A stretch of 39,522 nucleotides of DNA from an uncultured Enterobacteriaceae bacterium (GTDB taxonomy: Bacteria; Pseudomonadota; Gammaproteobacteria; Burkholderiales; SG8-39): NCBI GenBank assembly GCA_964583645.1, contig CAZOWR010000002.1, positions 1 to 39,522 of the forward strand, read 5' to 3'. Numbering within the stretch: position 1 is the stretch's first letter; every line of letters begins with the position of its first letter. Under the pieces are notes generated by a model that ran no database searches, was not told where the DNA came from, and saw nothing but the letters and a program-made list of their open reading frames with translations. The position numbers and the translations under genes were made by a program. This document shows positions 28,079 through 38,373 of this stretch, one piece after another.

Positions 28079-28873
28079 ATGCCACAGAGCCTGCTCCTGG
28101 AAAGACGCGGCCACGCCGCCGTGCTCACCCTCAACCGGCCGGAGGTCCGCAACGCCTTCGACGACGAGCTCGTCGCCGCGCTGGCGCGCGCGCTGCACGT
28201 GCTGGAGGCCGACGAGAGCGTGCGCGCGGTGGTGCTCGCGGGAGCGGGCCCCGCCTTCTGCGCCGGCGCCGACCTGAACTGGATGAAGCGCATGGCGGGC
28301 TACGGCTACGACGAGAACCTCGCGGACGCACAGGCGCTTGCCGCGATGCTGAAGACGCTCGACCGGCTCTCCAAGCCGACGCTGGCGCGCGTGCACGGTC
28401 CGGCGTTCGCCGGGGGGGTGGGGCTGGTCGCCGCGTGCGACATTGCGGTCGGGACGCCCGAGGCGGAGTTCTCGCTCACCGAAGTCAAGCTCGGGCTGTC
28501 GCCCGCGACCATCAGCCCGTACGTGGTGCGTGCCATGGGTGAGCGCGCCGCGCGGAGATACTTCCTCACCGGCGAACGCTTCTCCGCGAGCGAAGCCCAT
28601 CGCCTGGGCCTGCTCACCATGGTCTCGGCGTCCGAGAAGCTCGACGCCGAGATCGATGAACTGCTCAAACACCTTATCCAATGCAGTCCTCAATCCCATC
28701 TCAAGATCAAGGAACTGATCAGGGCCGTCCGCCCCGGCGGCGAGATCACCGATGCACTCATCGCCGACACCGCGCGCCGCATTGCCGACATCCGCGTCTC
28801 CACTGAAGGCAGGGAAGGCATCGCCTCGTTCCTCGAGAAGCGCAGGCCTTCCTGGCAGGGGCGCAGGGACTAG
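28079..28873 (+). CDS. liuC: Methylglutaconyl-CoA hydratase (crotonase family)
   Basis: 264-aa ORF containing LNRPEVRNAF, GAGPAFCAGADL and HGPAFAGGVGLVAACD. It sits between the two MCC subunit genes. Confidence 0.85.
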   Translation: MPQSLLLERRGHAAVLTLNRPEVRNAFDDELVAALARALHVLEADESVRAVVLAGAGPAFCAGADLNWMKRMAGYGYDENLADAQALAAMLKTLDRLSKPTLARVHGPAFAGGVGLVAACDIAVGTPEAEFSLTEVKLGLSPATISPYVVRAMGERAARRYFLTGERFSASEAHRLGLLTMVSASEKLDAEIDELLKHLIQCSPQSHLKIKELIRAVRPGGEITDALIADTARRIADIRVSTEGREGIASFLEKRRPSWQGRRD

Positions 28874-28874
28874 C

Positions 28875-30878
28875 GTGTTCCGCAAGATCCTGATCGCCAA
28901 CCGCGGCGAGATCGCCTGCCGCGTGATCAGCGCGGCCCGCGCGCTGGGAATCGGCAGCGTCGCGGTGTACTCGGAGGCCGACGCCGGCGCGCGGCACGTC
29001 GGGCTCGCCGACGAGGCGCGCTGCATCGGCCCGGCGGAGCCGCGCGAGAGCTACCTCAACGCCGAGGCGATCGTTGCGGCCGCTCGCGACACCGGCGCCG
29101 AGGCCGTCCATCCGGGCTACGGCTTTCTCTCGGAGAAGGCGGAGTTCGCCCGCGCCTGCGCTGAGGCCGGCCTTGCGTTCGTCGGGCCGCCGCCGGAGGC
29201 GATCGCCGCGATGGGCGACAAGTCCGCCGCCAAGGCGCTGATGGAGAAGGCGGGCGTGCCGCTCGTGCCCGGCTACCACGGCGCGGACCAGGACCCGGCG
29301 CGGCTCGCCGCGGAGGCGCAGCGCGTCGGCTACCCGGTGCTCATCAAGGCCGCGGCGGGCGGCGGCGGGCGCGGCATGCGGATCGTGCGCGCGGCCGCCG
29401 AGTTCGAGCGCGCACTCGAGGGGGCGCAGCGCGAGGCGCTCGGCGCCTTCGGCGACGCGCGCGTGCTGATCGAGCGCTGTCTGGAGCGCCCGCGCCACAT
29501 CGAGGTGCAGGTCTTCGGCGACACGCACGGCAACCTGGTGCATCTCTTCGAGCGCGACTGCTCGGTGCAGCGCCGGCATCAGAAGGTGCTCGAGGAGGCG
29601 CCCGCGCCGGGCATGACCGAGGCGCGGCGGCGCGAGATGGGCGAGGCGGCGATCGCGGCCGCGCGCGCCATCGGCTACTGCAACGCGGGCACCGTGGAAT
29701 TTATCGCCGAGCAGGACGGCCGCTTCTACTTCATGGAGATGAACACGCGCCTGCAGGTGGAGCACCCCGTGACCGAGCTGGTCACCGGCATCGATCTCGT
29801 CGCGTGGCAGCTCGCCGTGGCCGCGGGCGAGCCGCTGCCGCTCGCGCAGCAAGACATCCGCATCCGCGGCCACGCGATCGAGGCGCGCATCTACGCGGAG
29901 AACCCGGACAAGGGATTCCTGCCCTCCACCGGCGCGCTGCGGCGCCTGCGCCTGCCGCGCGCGGCGGAGTTCCGTGCCGGGAAAGACGGCCTGCGCATCG
30001 ATTGCGGCGTGCGCGAGGGCGACGCCATCACGCCGCACTACGATCCCATGATCGCCAAGCTCCTTGCCTGGGGCGAAACGCGCGAGGTGGCCCGGGCGCG
30101 CCTGCGCGCCGCGCTCGCCGAGGTCGAGATCCTGGGCGTCGCCTCGAACGTCGAGTTCCTCGGCCGCGTGGTGCAGGGCAGGGCCTTCGCCTGGGGGCGC
30201 CTCGACACTGGGCTCATCGAGCGCAGCCGCGACGAGCTCTTTCCGCCCCCGCAAGACGCCGCGGTGGAGGACCTCGCGCTAGCGGCGCTCGCCGAGCTGC
30301 TCGCGGAGGAGGCGCAGGCCGCGGCGCGCGCCCGCACCTCGGGTGACCCGCATTCGCCCTGGCACGCGGTGGACGGCTGGCGCCTGAACTCCGGCTCGCA
30401 CCACGAGCTCGCGTTTGCCGAGGGCGAGCGCCGCTACCGCGTCGCGCTGCATTTCACGCCCGGCGGCCTGCGGCTGGAGGCGGACGGGCGCGAGCATGCG
30501 CTCGCCGGGGAGCGCGAGGGCGAGGCGTTGCTCGTGCGGCTCGATGCGCGTGCGTTTCGCGCGCGTGTGGTGCGCGACGGCGCCGACTGGCACGTCTATC
30601 GCGACGGCGAGCACCGCGTGCTCACGCTGCAGGCCGAGCACGCGGCCGAAGACGTGGACGCCACCACCGGCTCGCTCGCCGCGCCGATGCCCGGCAAGGT
30701 CATCCAGCTGCTCGTCAGCCCGGGCGAGCACGTGGCGAAAGGAGCACCGCTGCTCGTCCTCGAGGCGATGAAGATGGAGCACACCATCGCGGCGCCGCAC
30801 GACGGCGAAGTGAAGGAGATCTTCTATCGCGCCGGCGAGCAGGTTGCCGAGGGCGCGGAGCTGCTCCGCCTCGAGTAA
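28875..30878 (+). CDS. liuD: Methylcrotonyl-CoA carboxylase, biotin-carrying (alpha) subunit
   Basis: A GTG start lies 1 nt after the liuC stop (667 aa). FRKILIANRGEIACRVI, the ATP-grasp motif AAAGGGGRGMR and the biotinylation motif LEAMKMEH are present. Confidence 0.9.
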   Translation: MFRKILIANRGEIACRVISAARALGIGSVAVYSEADAGARHVGLADEARCIGPAEPRESYLNAEAIVAAARDTGAEAVHPGYGFLSEKAEFARACAEAGLAFVGPPPEAIAAMGDKSAAKALMEKAGVPLVPGYHGADQDPARLAAEAQRVGYPVLIKAAAGGGGRGMRIVRAAAEFERALEGAQREALGAFGDARVLIERCLERPRHIEVQVFGDTHGNLVHLFERDCSVQRRHQKVLEEAPAPGMTEARRREMGEAAIAAARAIGYCNAGTVEFIAEQDGRFYFMEMNTRLQVEHPVTELVTGIDLVAWQLAVAAGEPLPLAQQDIRIRGHAIEARIYAENPDKGFLPSTGALRRLRLPRAAEFRAGKDGLRIDCGVREGDAITPHYDPMIAKLLAWGETREVARARLRAALAEVEILGVASNVEFLGRVVQGRAFAWGRLDTGLIERSRDELFPPPQDAAVEDLALAALAELLAEEAQAAARARTSGDPHSPWHAVDGWRLNSGSHHELAFAEGERRYRVALHFTPGGLRLEADGREHALAGEREGEALLVRLDARAFRARVVRDGADWHVYRDGEHRVLTLQAEHAAEDVDATTGSLAAPMPGKVIQLLVSPGEHVAKGAPLLVLEAMKMEHTIAAPHDGEVKEIFYRAGEQVAEGAELLRLE

Positions 30879-30958
30879 ATCAGGGTCAGACCACGATTTT
30901 CCCGGATTCGGAGCACAATCTCCGCCATGGCCGGAAAAACGTGGTCTGACCCCGAATT
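30879..30958. repeat. REP-like inverted-repeat hairpin between liuD and liuE
   Basis: The left arm is GGGTCAGACCACGATTTTCC (30883-30902). The right arm is GGAAAAACGTGGTCTGACCC (30933-30952). They are 19/20 complementary around a 30-nt loop, which holds a nested CGGAG/CTCCG mini-hairpin. Both arms match the solo copy at 12503-12526. Confidence 0.75.
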
Positions 30959-31862
30959 GCCGACGAAGGTCCGCATCGTGGAGGTGGGGCCACGCGACGG
31001 GCTGCAGAACGAGAAGGGCGAGGTGCCCACCGCCGTGAAGCTCGAGCTGATCGAGCGGCTAGCGGACGCCGGCCTGCCCGCCGTGGAGGCAACCGCGTTC
31101 GTCTCGGCGAAGTGGATCCCGCAGATGGCCGATCACGCCGAGGTGCTCGAGCGCATCCGCCGAAAGCCCGGCGTCGCCTACCCGGTGCTGACGCCCAACC
31201 TCAAGGGGTTCGAAGCGGCGCGCGCCGCGGGCGCCACCGAGGTCGCGGTGTTCGCCGCGGCCTCCGAGTCGTTCTCGAAAAAGAACATCAACTGCTCGAT
31301 CGCCGAGTCGCTCGAGCGCTTCCGGCCGGTCACCGAGGCGGCGGGTCAAGCGGACATCAGGGTGCGCGGCTACATCTCCTGCGTGGTCGGCTGCCCCTAC
31401 GAAGGCGACATCGCTCCGGAAAAGGTCGCCGAGGTCGCAGGAGCGCTGCATGCCATGGGGTGCTACGAGGTGTCGCTCGGCGACACCATCGGCGTGGGCA
31501 CGCCGGCGCGCATGCAGCGCATGATCGAGGCCTGCGCGGCGCGCGTGCCGATCGCGCAGCTCGCCGGGCACTACCACGACACCTACGGCCAGGCGCTCGC
31601 CAACATCTACGCCTCGATGGAGCTGGGCGTGGCGACGTTCGACGCCTCGGTGGCGGGGCTCGGCGGCTGCCCCTACGCGAAAGGGGCCTCCGGCAACGTC
31701 GCCACCGAGGACGTGGTCTACATGCTGCAGGGACTCGGCATCGAGACCGGCGTCGACCTGGAGAAGGTGGTGGACATCGGGCAGTGGATCTGCGGCGTGA
31801 TCGGCCGCGAGCCGGTCACCAGGGCCGGGCGCGCGATCGCGGCGAAGAGGAAGGGCGCTTGA
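30927..31862 (+). CDS. liuE: Hydroxymethylglutaryl-CoA lyase
   Basis: 311-aa [16 protein letters not shown] is the HMGL signature. The in-frame TTG at 30957 is a plausible alternative start that would leave the hairpin fully intergenic. Confidence 0.88.
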   Translation: MAGKTWSDPELPTKVRIVEVGPRDGLQNEKGEVPTAVKLELIERLADAGLPAVEATAFVSAKWIPQMADHAEVLERIRRKPGVAYPVLTPNLKGFEAARAAGATEVAVFAAASESFSKKNINCSIAESLERFRPVTEAAGQADIRVRGYISCVVGCPYEGDIAPEKVAEVAGALHAMGCYEVSLGDTIGVGTPARMQRMIEACAARVPIAQLAGHYHDTYGQALANIYASMELGVATFDASVAGLGGCPYAKGASGNVATEDVVYMLQGLGIETGVDLEKVVDIGQWICGVIGREPVTRAGRAIAAKRKGA

Positions 31863-32050
31863 TCGCTTCGCCCTGCAACAAGGTGTGCGTGATGGACCTG
31901 GCGAGCGGTTATTGCCGCGGCTGCTACCGCACGCTGGACGAGATCGCGCGCTGGGGGGAAATGAACGATGCCGAGCGCGCCGCGGTGCTCGCAGGGCTGC
32001 CCGGGCGCAGGCTAGATGTCCCGGAAATCGCCGTGCCGCCCCTTGCCTGA
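31859..32050 (+). CDS. DUF1289 domain-containing small Cys-rich protein
   Basis: A TTG start forms a TTGA overlap with the liuE stop (63 aa). (M)[31 protein letters not shown] matches the DUF1289 pattern. Confidence 0.65.
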   Translation: MIASPCNKVCVMDLASGYCRGCYRTLDEIARWGEMNDAERAAVLAGLPGRRLDVPEIAVPPLA

Positions 32051-32827
32051 GGCGAAGCGCGCGGCGCCCGCCGCGCCCTCGGCAAAGAACGCGGGCAGCC
32101 CATTGTACCACTCGCGGCGCATGCCCTCCCGGATCGACAGCCCCTGCTGCGCGTAGACCGAGCGCCGGTCGGCGCGCGTGCAGGCCTGCGGAAAGCGCGC
32201 GATCTCCTGCGCCATGGCCTGCGCGAACTCGCGCGACCGGCCCTCGGGCACGACGTGCTCGCACAGGTTGATGCGCAGCGCTTCGTCGGCGGGCACCTTG
32301 CGCCCCGTGAGGATGATCTCGAGCGCGCGGCCGGTGCCGACGATCCGCGGCAGGCGCACCGTGCCGCCGTCGATGAGCGGCACGCCCCAGCGCCGGCAGT
32401 AGACGCCGAAGTACGCGCTCTCCTCCATCACGCGAAGGTCGCACCACAGCGCGAGCTCGAAGCCGCCCGCCACCGCGGGCCCGGCGACCGCGGCGATCAC
32501 CGGCTTGTCGAGCTCCAGGCGCGTGGGGCCGAGCGGCCCGCGCGGCAGTTGGCCGTTCTCGCGCACGCGCTCGTCGAGCGGATAGGCGATCTCCTGGATC
32601 GGCGAGGGGTCCTCGAGCAGCGACGCGCCGTACTTGAGGTCCCAGCCGGCGCAGAACGCGCCGCCCTCGCCCCAGAGGACAGCCACGGCCGCTTCCGGGT
32701 CCCGGTCGAAGGCGACGAAGGCGTCCACCAAGGCATCGGCGCTCGCCGGGTCCATCGCGTTCCTCGCCCGCGGGCGGCTGTGGATTACCGTCCATACCTT
32801 GCCTTGCTTTTCGACGCGCACGGCCAT
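32012..32827 (-). CDS. Enoyl-CoA hydratase/isomerase (crotonase) family protein
   Basis: Start MAVRVEKQGKVWTVIHSRP lies inside the 527-aa read-through ORF (271 aa). It contains GGAFCAGWDL and VAGPAVAGGFELALWCD. It starts 2 nt after the metY stop. Confidence 0.8.
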   Translation of the reverse strand: MAVRVEKQGKVWTVIHSRPRARNAMDPASADALVDAFVAFDRDPEAAVAVLWGEGGAFCAGWDLKYGASLLEDPSPIQEIAYPLDERVRENGQLPRGPLGPTRLELDKPVIAAVAGPAVAGGFELALWCDLRVMEESAYFGVYCRRWGVPLIDGGTVRLPRIVGTGRALEIILTGRKVPADEALRINLCEHVVPEGRSREFAQAMAQEIARFPQACTRADRRSVYAQQGLSIREGMRREWYNGLPAFFAEGAAGAARFASGKGRHGDFRDI

Positions 32828-32829
32828 GC

Positions 32830-34134
<1,305 letters not shown>

Positions 34135-34644
34135 CTAGTCGAAAACGCAGTCGTAGCGCCGCGCGGTGAGCACGCCGGTCGAGAGCCCTACGACGTCCAG
34201 GCCGTAGTCCTTCTTGCCGAAGAAGCGGCAGTGCTCGATCTTGACGCAGCGGTCCATCACCACCTCCATGCCCGCCGCGGCCGCGGCGCGCGCCGCCTCC
34301 TCGCTGATCACCCCGATCTGCATCCAGAAGACCCTGGCGCCGATCGCCTGCGCTTCGGCCACCAGCGGCAGCACGGTCTCGCCGCGGCGGAAGATGTCGA
34401 CGATGTCCACCGGCTGGCCGATCTCGGCGAGCGAGCGATGGCAGCGCAGGCCGAGGATCTGCTCCGTCCCGGGATTCACCGGGTAGACGGTGTAGCCCTT
34501 GCTCTTCATGTGCACCAGCGCCCGGTAGCTCGCGCGCGTCGGGTTCGCCGACACCCCGACCATCGCGATGCGCCGGTGGCGCACCAGCAGCTCCCGCGTG
34601 CGCGCGGAAAGCTCGCCCGTCATGATGCCCGCGTAATTTGCCAT
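34135..34644 (-). CDS. CoA-binding domain protein (YccU/YneT-like)
   Basis: Start MANYAGIMTGELSARTRELL has a GGGAGG SD 6 nt upstream (169 aa). It contains IAMVGVSANPTRASY and TVYPVNP. The track ORF start at 34719 is over-extended. Confidence 0.7.
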   Translation of the reverse strand: MANYAGIMTGELSARTRELLVRHRRIAMVGVSANPTRASYRALVHMKSKGYTVYPVNPGTEQILGLRCHRSLAEIGQPVDIVDIFRRGETVLPLVAEAQAIGARVFWMQIGVISEEAARAAAAAGMEVVMDRCVKIEHCRFFGKKDYGLDVVGLSTGVLTARRYDCVFD

Positions 34645-34655
34645 TGCTGCCTCCC

Positions 34656-35534
34656 TCAGGACTTGCGACCCCGCGCGGCAGTGCGCCCCTCGGGGATCGG
34701 CCTGCCGCTGTCGCGCCACTTCACCGCCTCGTGGAAACCGTGCGTCTCGGCGTAGCGCTTGAACCAGAGGCCCTCGGGAGAGTGGCGCGTGATGCCGTCG
34801 AAGAGGGTCGCCAGCATCTGGGTGCCCGCGAGCCCCATGTTCTCGTAGGCCTGGTTGATCAACAGCTTCTGCATCATGAGCTGGTTCTTCGGCACGCCCG
34901 CCATGCGCCCGGCGAGCGCCTCTACCGCCGCATCCAGCTTCGCCGCGGGCACGGCGTCATACACCAGGCCCCAGGCCTTCGCGGTCCTGCCGTCGATGGT
35001 GTCCCCGGTGAGCAGCATCCGCTTCGCCTTCTCCGCGCCAAGGCGATACACCCACATGGCGGTCGTCGGGCAGCCCCAGACGCGCGCCGGCATGTAGCCG
35101 ATGCGCGCGTCCTCGGCCATGACCACGATGTCGGCGCAGAGCGCGATATCCGATCCTCCCGCGACCGCGTAGCCGTGCACCTTGCAGATCACGGGCTTGT
35201 GGCTGCGCCAGAGCGAGAAGAAATCGTCGGTGTTCGCCTTCATGCCGCGGTAGTCGCGCATCGGGTCCCAGGGCATGCCCTGCGTCCAGCGGTTGCGCGG
35301 GTCGCCCTCGGCGAACTGCTTCAGGTCATACCCGGCGCAAAAGGCGCGCCCCGCCCCGGCGAGCACGATGACGTGGGCGCGCTCGTCCGCGTTCGCCGCC
35401 TCTACTGCGCGCCGGATCTCGCGCGGCATCCGGTCGTCGATCGCGTTCAGGCGCGCGGGGCGGTTGAGGGTGATCCGGGCGATGCGCCCGGTGACCGAGT
35501 ACTTCAACGTGGCGAATTTCCCGGCGCGCGGCAT
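34656..35534 (-). CDS. Crotonase/enoyl-CoA hydratase family protein
   Basis: 292-aa ORF containing ITLNRPARLNAI, GAGRAFCAGYDL and HGYAVAGGSDIALCAD. A GGAGG SD lies upstream. Confidence 0.8.
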   Translation of the reverse strand: MPRAGKFATLKYSVTGRIARITLNRPARLNAIDDRMPREIRRAVEAANADERAHVIVLAGAGRAFCAGYDLKQFAEGDPRNRWTQGMPWDPMRDYRGMKANTDDFFSLWRSHKPVICKVHGYAVAGGSDIALCADIVVMAEDARIGYMPARVWGCPTTAMWVYRLGAEKAKRMLLTGDTIDGRTAKAWGLVYDAVPAAKLDAAVEALAGRMAGVPKNQLMMQKLLINQAYENMGLAGTQMLATLFDGITRHSPEGLWFKRYAETHGFHEAVKWRDSGRPIPEGRTAARGRKS

Positions 35535-35563
35535 GGCCCCTCCCCGCGCTAGGATACTAGGCC

Positions 35564-36190
35564 ATGCGCGCCGTGACGCTGTATTTCGATTTCGTCTCCC
35601 CGTTCTCCTACCTCGCGCTGCACCGCCTGAAGGAGCTGCCGGCCGATGCCGCCGTACGGTACCGGCCGGTGCTCTTCGCGGGCCTGCTGAAGCACCACGA
35701 GCAGAAAGGGCCGGCGGAGATCCCTGCCAAGCGGCGCTATACCTACCGCTGGTGCCAGTGGTGGGCGAGGCGCCTCGGCATCCCGTTCCGGTTCCCCGCG
35801 GGCCACCCCTTCAACCCGCTTCTCCACCTGCGCCTCGCGATCGCCGCCGGCTCCGCGCCTGGAGCGATCCGAAGGATCTTCGAGGCCGTGTGGACGACCG
35901 GCGAGGACACCGCGGATCCGGAGCGCTTCGCCGCCCTGCGGCGGGAACTGGGGGTGGCACCGGAAGCGCTCGAGGCTCCGGAAGTGAAGGACAGGCTGAG
36001 GAGCAATACCGACCAGGCGGCCGCGCGCGGCGTGTTCGGTGTGCCCGTCTTCGAGGTCGCCGGGGAGCTCTTCTGGGGCGCGGACTCGGTCGAGTTCCTG
36101 TGCGACTTCCTCGCCGACCCCGCGCTGCTCGCCGAGCCGGAGATGCGGCGGCTGGACGGATTGCCCGTCGCAGCCGCGCGCAGAACCTAG
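35564..36190 (+). CDS. 2-hydroxychromene-2-carboxylate isomerase family protein (DsbA-like), paralog 2
   Basis: 208-aa ORF containing LYFDFVSPFSYLA and GVFGVPVFEVAGELFWGADSVEF. Confidence 0.75.
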   Translation: MRAVTLYFDFVSPFSYLALHRLKELPADAAVRYRPVLFAGLLKHHEQKGPAEIPAKRRYTYRWCQWWARRLGIPFRFPAGHPFNPLLHLRLAIAAGSAPGAIRRIFEAVWTTGEDTADPERFAALRRELGVAPEALEAPEVKDRLRSNTDQAAARGVFGVPVFEVAGELFWGADSVEFLCDFLADPALLAEPEMRRLDGLPVAAARRT

Positions 36191-36199
36191 CGCGCCTGC

Positions 36200-37468
36200 T
36201 CAACCATACTTGCGCGCGTCCTCGATCACCTTGCCGTCGCTAGGCAAGCTCCCGGGGGGCACGATCTGCACCTCGCCGCGCAGCTTGGTGACCTCCCGGA
36301 TCGAGGCCACGATCGCCTCGGCGAGCCCCGCCGGGCGCTCTTTCGCCTCGCATTTCAGGGTCATGCGGTCGCTGCCGGTCGCTCCCTCGACGACGAGGCG
36401 GGCGCGCAGGATCTCCGCGTGGCGGCGCACGATCTGGGCCACCTGCTTCGGCGTCACGAACATCGCCCGCACCTTCGTGGTCTGGTCGGCGCGCCCGAGC
36501 CACCCCCGGATGCGCACGTTGGTCCGGCCGCAAGGGCTCCTCCCGGGCAGGATCGCCGACAGGTCGCCGGTGCCGAAGCGGATGAGCGGGTAGTCCCTGT
36601 TGAAGCTCGTCACCACGACCTCGCCCACCTCGCCCGAGGCGAGCGGGTCGCCGGTGCCGGGGCGCACGATCTCCAGGACCAGCGCCTCGTCCAGGATCAT
36701 GCCCTCGTTCACCGAGCCATCGCGCGCCAGCGACTCGTAGGCGAGCGAGCCCAGGTCGGCGGTGCCGTAGCTCTGCGTGACGCGGATGCCGCGCTCAAGG
36801 AGCTGCCTGCGCAGCGCCGGCGGCAGGTACTCGGCGCCGACGTGCGCCTTGACGAGGCTCGAGATGTCGGCGTTCATCTCGTCGGCCTTCTCCACGATCA
36901 GCTTGAGGAAGGAGGGCGTGCCGATGTAACCGCTCACCCGCAGGTCGCGGATCGCCGCCACCTGCAGCTCGGTCTGCCCGGTTCCCGCCGGCACCACCGT
37001 GCAGCCGATCGCGAGCGCACCCGATTCCAGCATCGAGCCCGCGGGCGTGAAGTGGTAGGCGAAGGTGTTCGCCACCAGGTCCGCGGCGCGAAAGCCGCCC
37101 GCGTAAAGCGCCCGCGCGGTGCGCCACCAGTCGCGGCCGCGCCCCTGCGGCTCGTAGATCGGCCCCGGCGACATGAAAAGCTTGGCGAGCCGCGCCACCG
37201 GCGTCGCATTCAGGCCACCGAGCGGGCGCTCGCGCGCCTGCAGCTCGGCGAGGTCCGACTTGCGCGTCACGGGCAGCGCCGCGAGCGCCTTGCGGGTCTT
37301 GATCCGCGCCGCATCGACGCCCTCGAGGATGCGCGCGAAGCCGGGGGCGCGCCGCTTGGCGTGCGCGATGAGCTTGGGCAGCGCGGCCATGAGCGCCGCC
37401 TCGCGCTGCGCGGGAGACCGCGTCTCGAGCCGGTCGAAGTGCCCGGCGCGCTGCTGCTTCAGAGCCAA
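36200..37468 (-). CDS. Phenylacetate-CoA ligase-like (PaaK/F390-synthetase family) adenylate-forming enzyme
   Basis: It lies inside the 589-aa read-through ORF. I prefer TTG 37468 (MALKQQRAGHFDRLETRSPAQREAAL...) because the FDxLETRSP N-terminal block is typical of this family. ATG 37390 is the alternative. It also contains SYGTADLG and VVTSFNRDYPLIRFGTGD. Confidence 0.7.
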   Translation of the reverse strand: MALKQQRAGHFDRLETRSPAQREAALMAALPKLIAHAKRRAPGFARILEGVDAARIKTRKALAALPVTRKSDLAELQARERPLGGLNATPVARLAKLFMSPGPIYEPQGRGRDWWRTARALYAGGFRAADLVANTFAYHFTPAGSMLESGALAIGCTVVPAGTGQTELQVAAIRDLRVSGYIGTPSFLKLIVEKADEMNADISSLVKAHVGAEYLPPALRRQLLERGIRVTQSYGTADLGSLAYESLARDGSVNEGMILDEALVLEIVRPGTGDPLASGEVGEVVVTSFNRDYPLIRFGTGDLSAILPGRSPCGRTNVRIRGWLGRADQTTKVRAMFVTPKQVAQIVRRHAEILRARLVVEGATGSDRMTLKCEAKERPAGLAEAIVASIREVTKLRGEVQIVPPGSLPSDGKVIEDARKYG

Positions 37469-38283
37469 CGCTTGCGACGCCGGTAGGACTTCACGTCGCG
37501 GAAGCTCTTGCGCCCGCCCGAGGAGAAGCCGAGGTAAAACTCCTTCACGTCCTCGTTCTCGGCGAGCGACTTCCCTTCGCCGTCCATCACCACGCGGCCG
37601 TTCTCCAGGATGTAGCCGTAGTCGGCGTACTTCAGCGCGATGTTGGTGTTCTGCTCGGCGAGCAGGAAGCTCACGCCCTCCTTCTGGTTGAGCTCGCGCA
37701 CGATCTCGAAGATCTCGGTGACGAGCTGCGGTGCGAGCCCCATCGAGGGCTCGTCCAGCAGGATCATCGTCGGCCGGGCCATGAGCGCGCGGCCGATCGC
37801 GGTCATCTGCTGCTCGCCGCCCGAGGTGTAGCCCGACTGCGCCTTGCGGCGCTCCCTGAGGCGCGGGAAGTACTTGTAGACGAGCTCCAGGTCGGCAGAG
37901 AGATCGGCGCCGCCGCGCGTGTAGGCGCCCGTGAGCAGGTTCTCCTCCACCGTCAAGTGCTGGAAGCAATGGCGCCCCTCCATCACCTGCACCACCCCGA
38001 GCTTGACGAGCTCGTTCGTGGTCAGGCGGTCGACGCGCTGGCCGCGGAACTCGATGTAGCCCTTGGTGACCTCGCCGCGCTCGGCGCGCAGCAGGTTGGA
38101 GATCGCCTTGAGCGTGGTCGACTTGCCGGCGCCGTTGGCGCCCAGCAGCGCCACGATCTGGCCTTCGCGCACCTGCAGGCTGACGCCCTTCAGCACCAGG
38201 ATGACGTGGTCGTAGATGACCTCGACGTTGCTCACCGAGAGGTAGGCCCCTGCTTCGGCGTGCGGCTTGAGGACGGCTGACAT
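37459..38283 (-). CDS. Branched-chain-amino-acid-type ABC transporter ATP-binding protein (LivF-like, basic C-terminal extension)
   Basis: 274-aa ORF with Walker A GANGAGKST, signature TSGGEQQM and Walker B ILLDEPSMGL. The C-terminal tail is KSFRDVKSYRRRKRWL. Confidence 0.85.
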   Translation of the reverse strand: MSAVLKPHAEAGAYLSVSNVEVIYDHVILVLKGVSLQVREGQIVALLGANGAGKSTTLKAISNLLRAERGEVTKGYIEFRGQRVDRLTTNELVKLGVVQVMEGRHCFQHLTVEENLLTGAYTRGGADLSADLELVYKYFPRLRERRKAQSGYTSGGEQQMTAIGRALMARPTMILLDEPSMGLAPQLVTEIFEIVRELNQKEGVSFLLAEQNTNIALKYADYGYILENGRVVMDGEGKSLAENEDVKEFYLGFSSGGRKSFRDVKSYRRRKRWL

Positions 38284-38314
38284 GGTCGTCTGGATGACAG
38301 TTTGCCGGCGGGCG

Positions 38315-38344
38315 AAACTAAACGGCGGGCCCGCAGCCCGCCGT
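38315..38344 (-). terminator. Intrinsic terminator or attenuator hairpin between the binding-protein gene and the ATPase gene
   Basis: The minus strand reads ACGGCGGGC-TGCGG-GCCCGCCGT followed by TTTAGTTT. This is a 9-bp GC stem with a 5-nt loop and a U-rich tail, 30 nt after the binding-protein stop. Confidence 0.6.
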
Positions 38345-38373
38345 CCAGCTCGCCTAGCGGCGTGGGGCCGCGA

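Noticed and set aside
28640-28730. Short lower-GC patch inside liuC.
   Set aside because: It is only ~80-90 nt and remains in frame with a normal crotonase C-terminal helix (DELLKHLIQCSPQSHLKIKELI). It is too short to argue for recombination or an embedded element.
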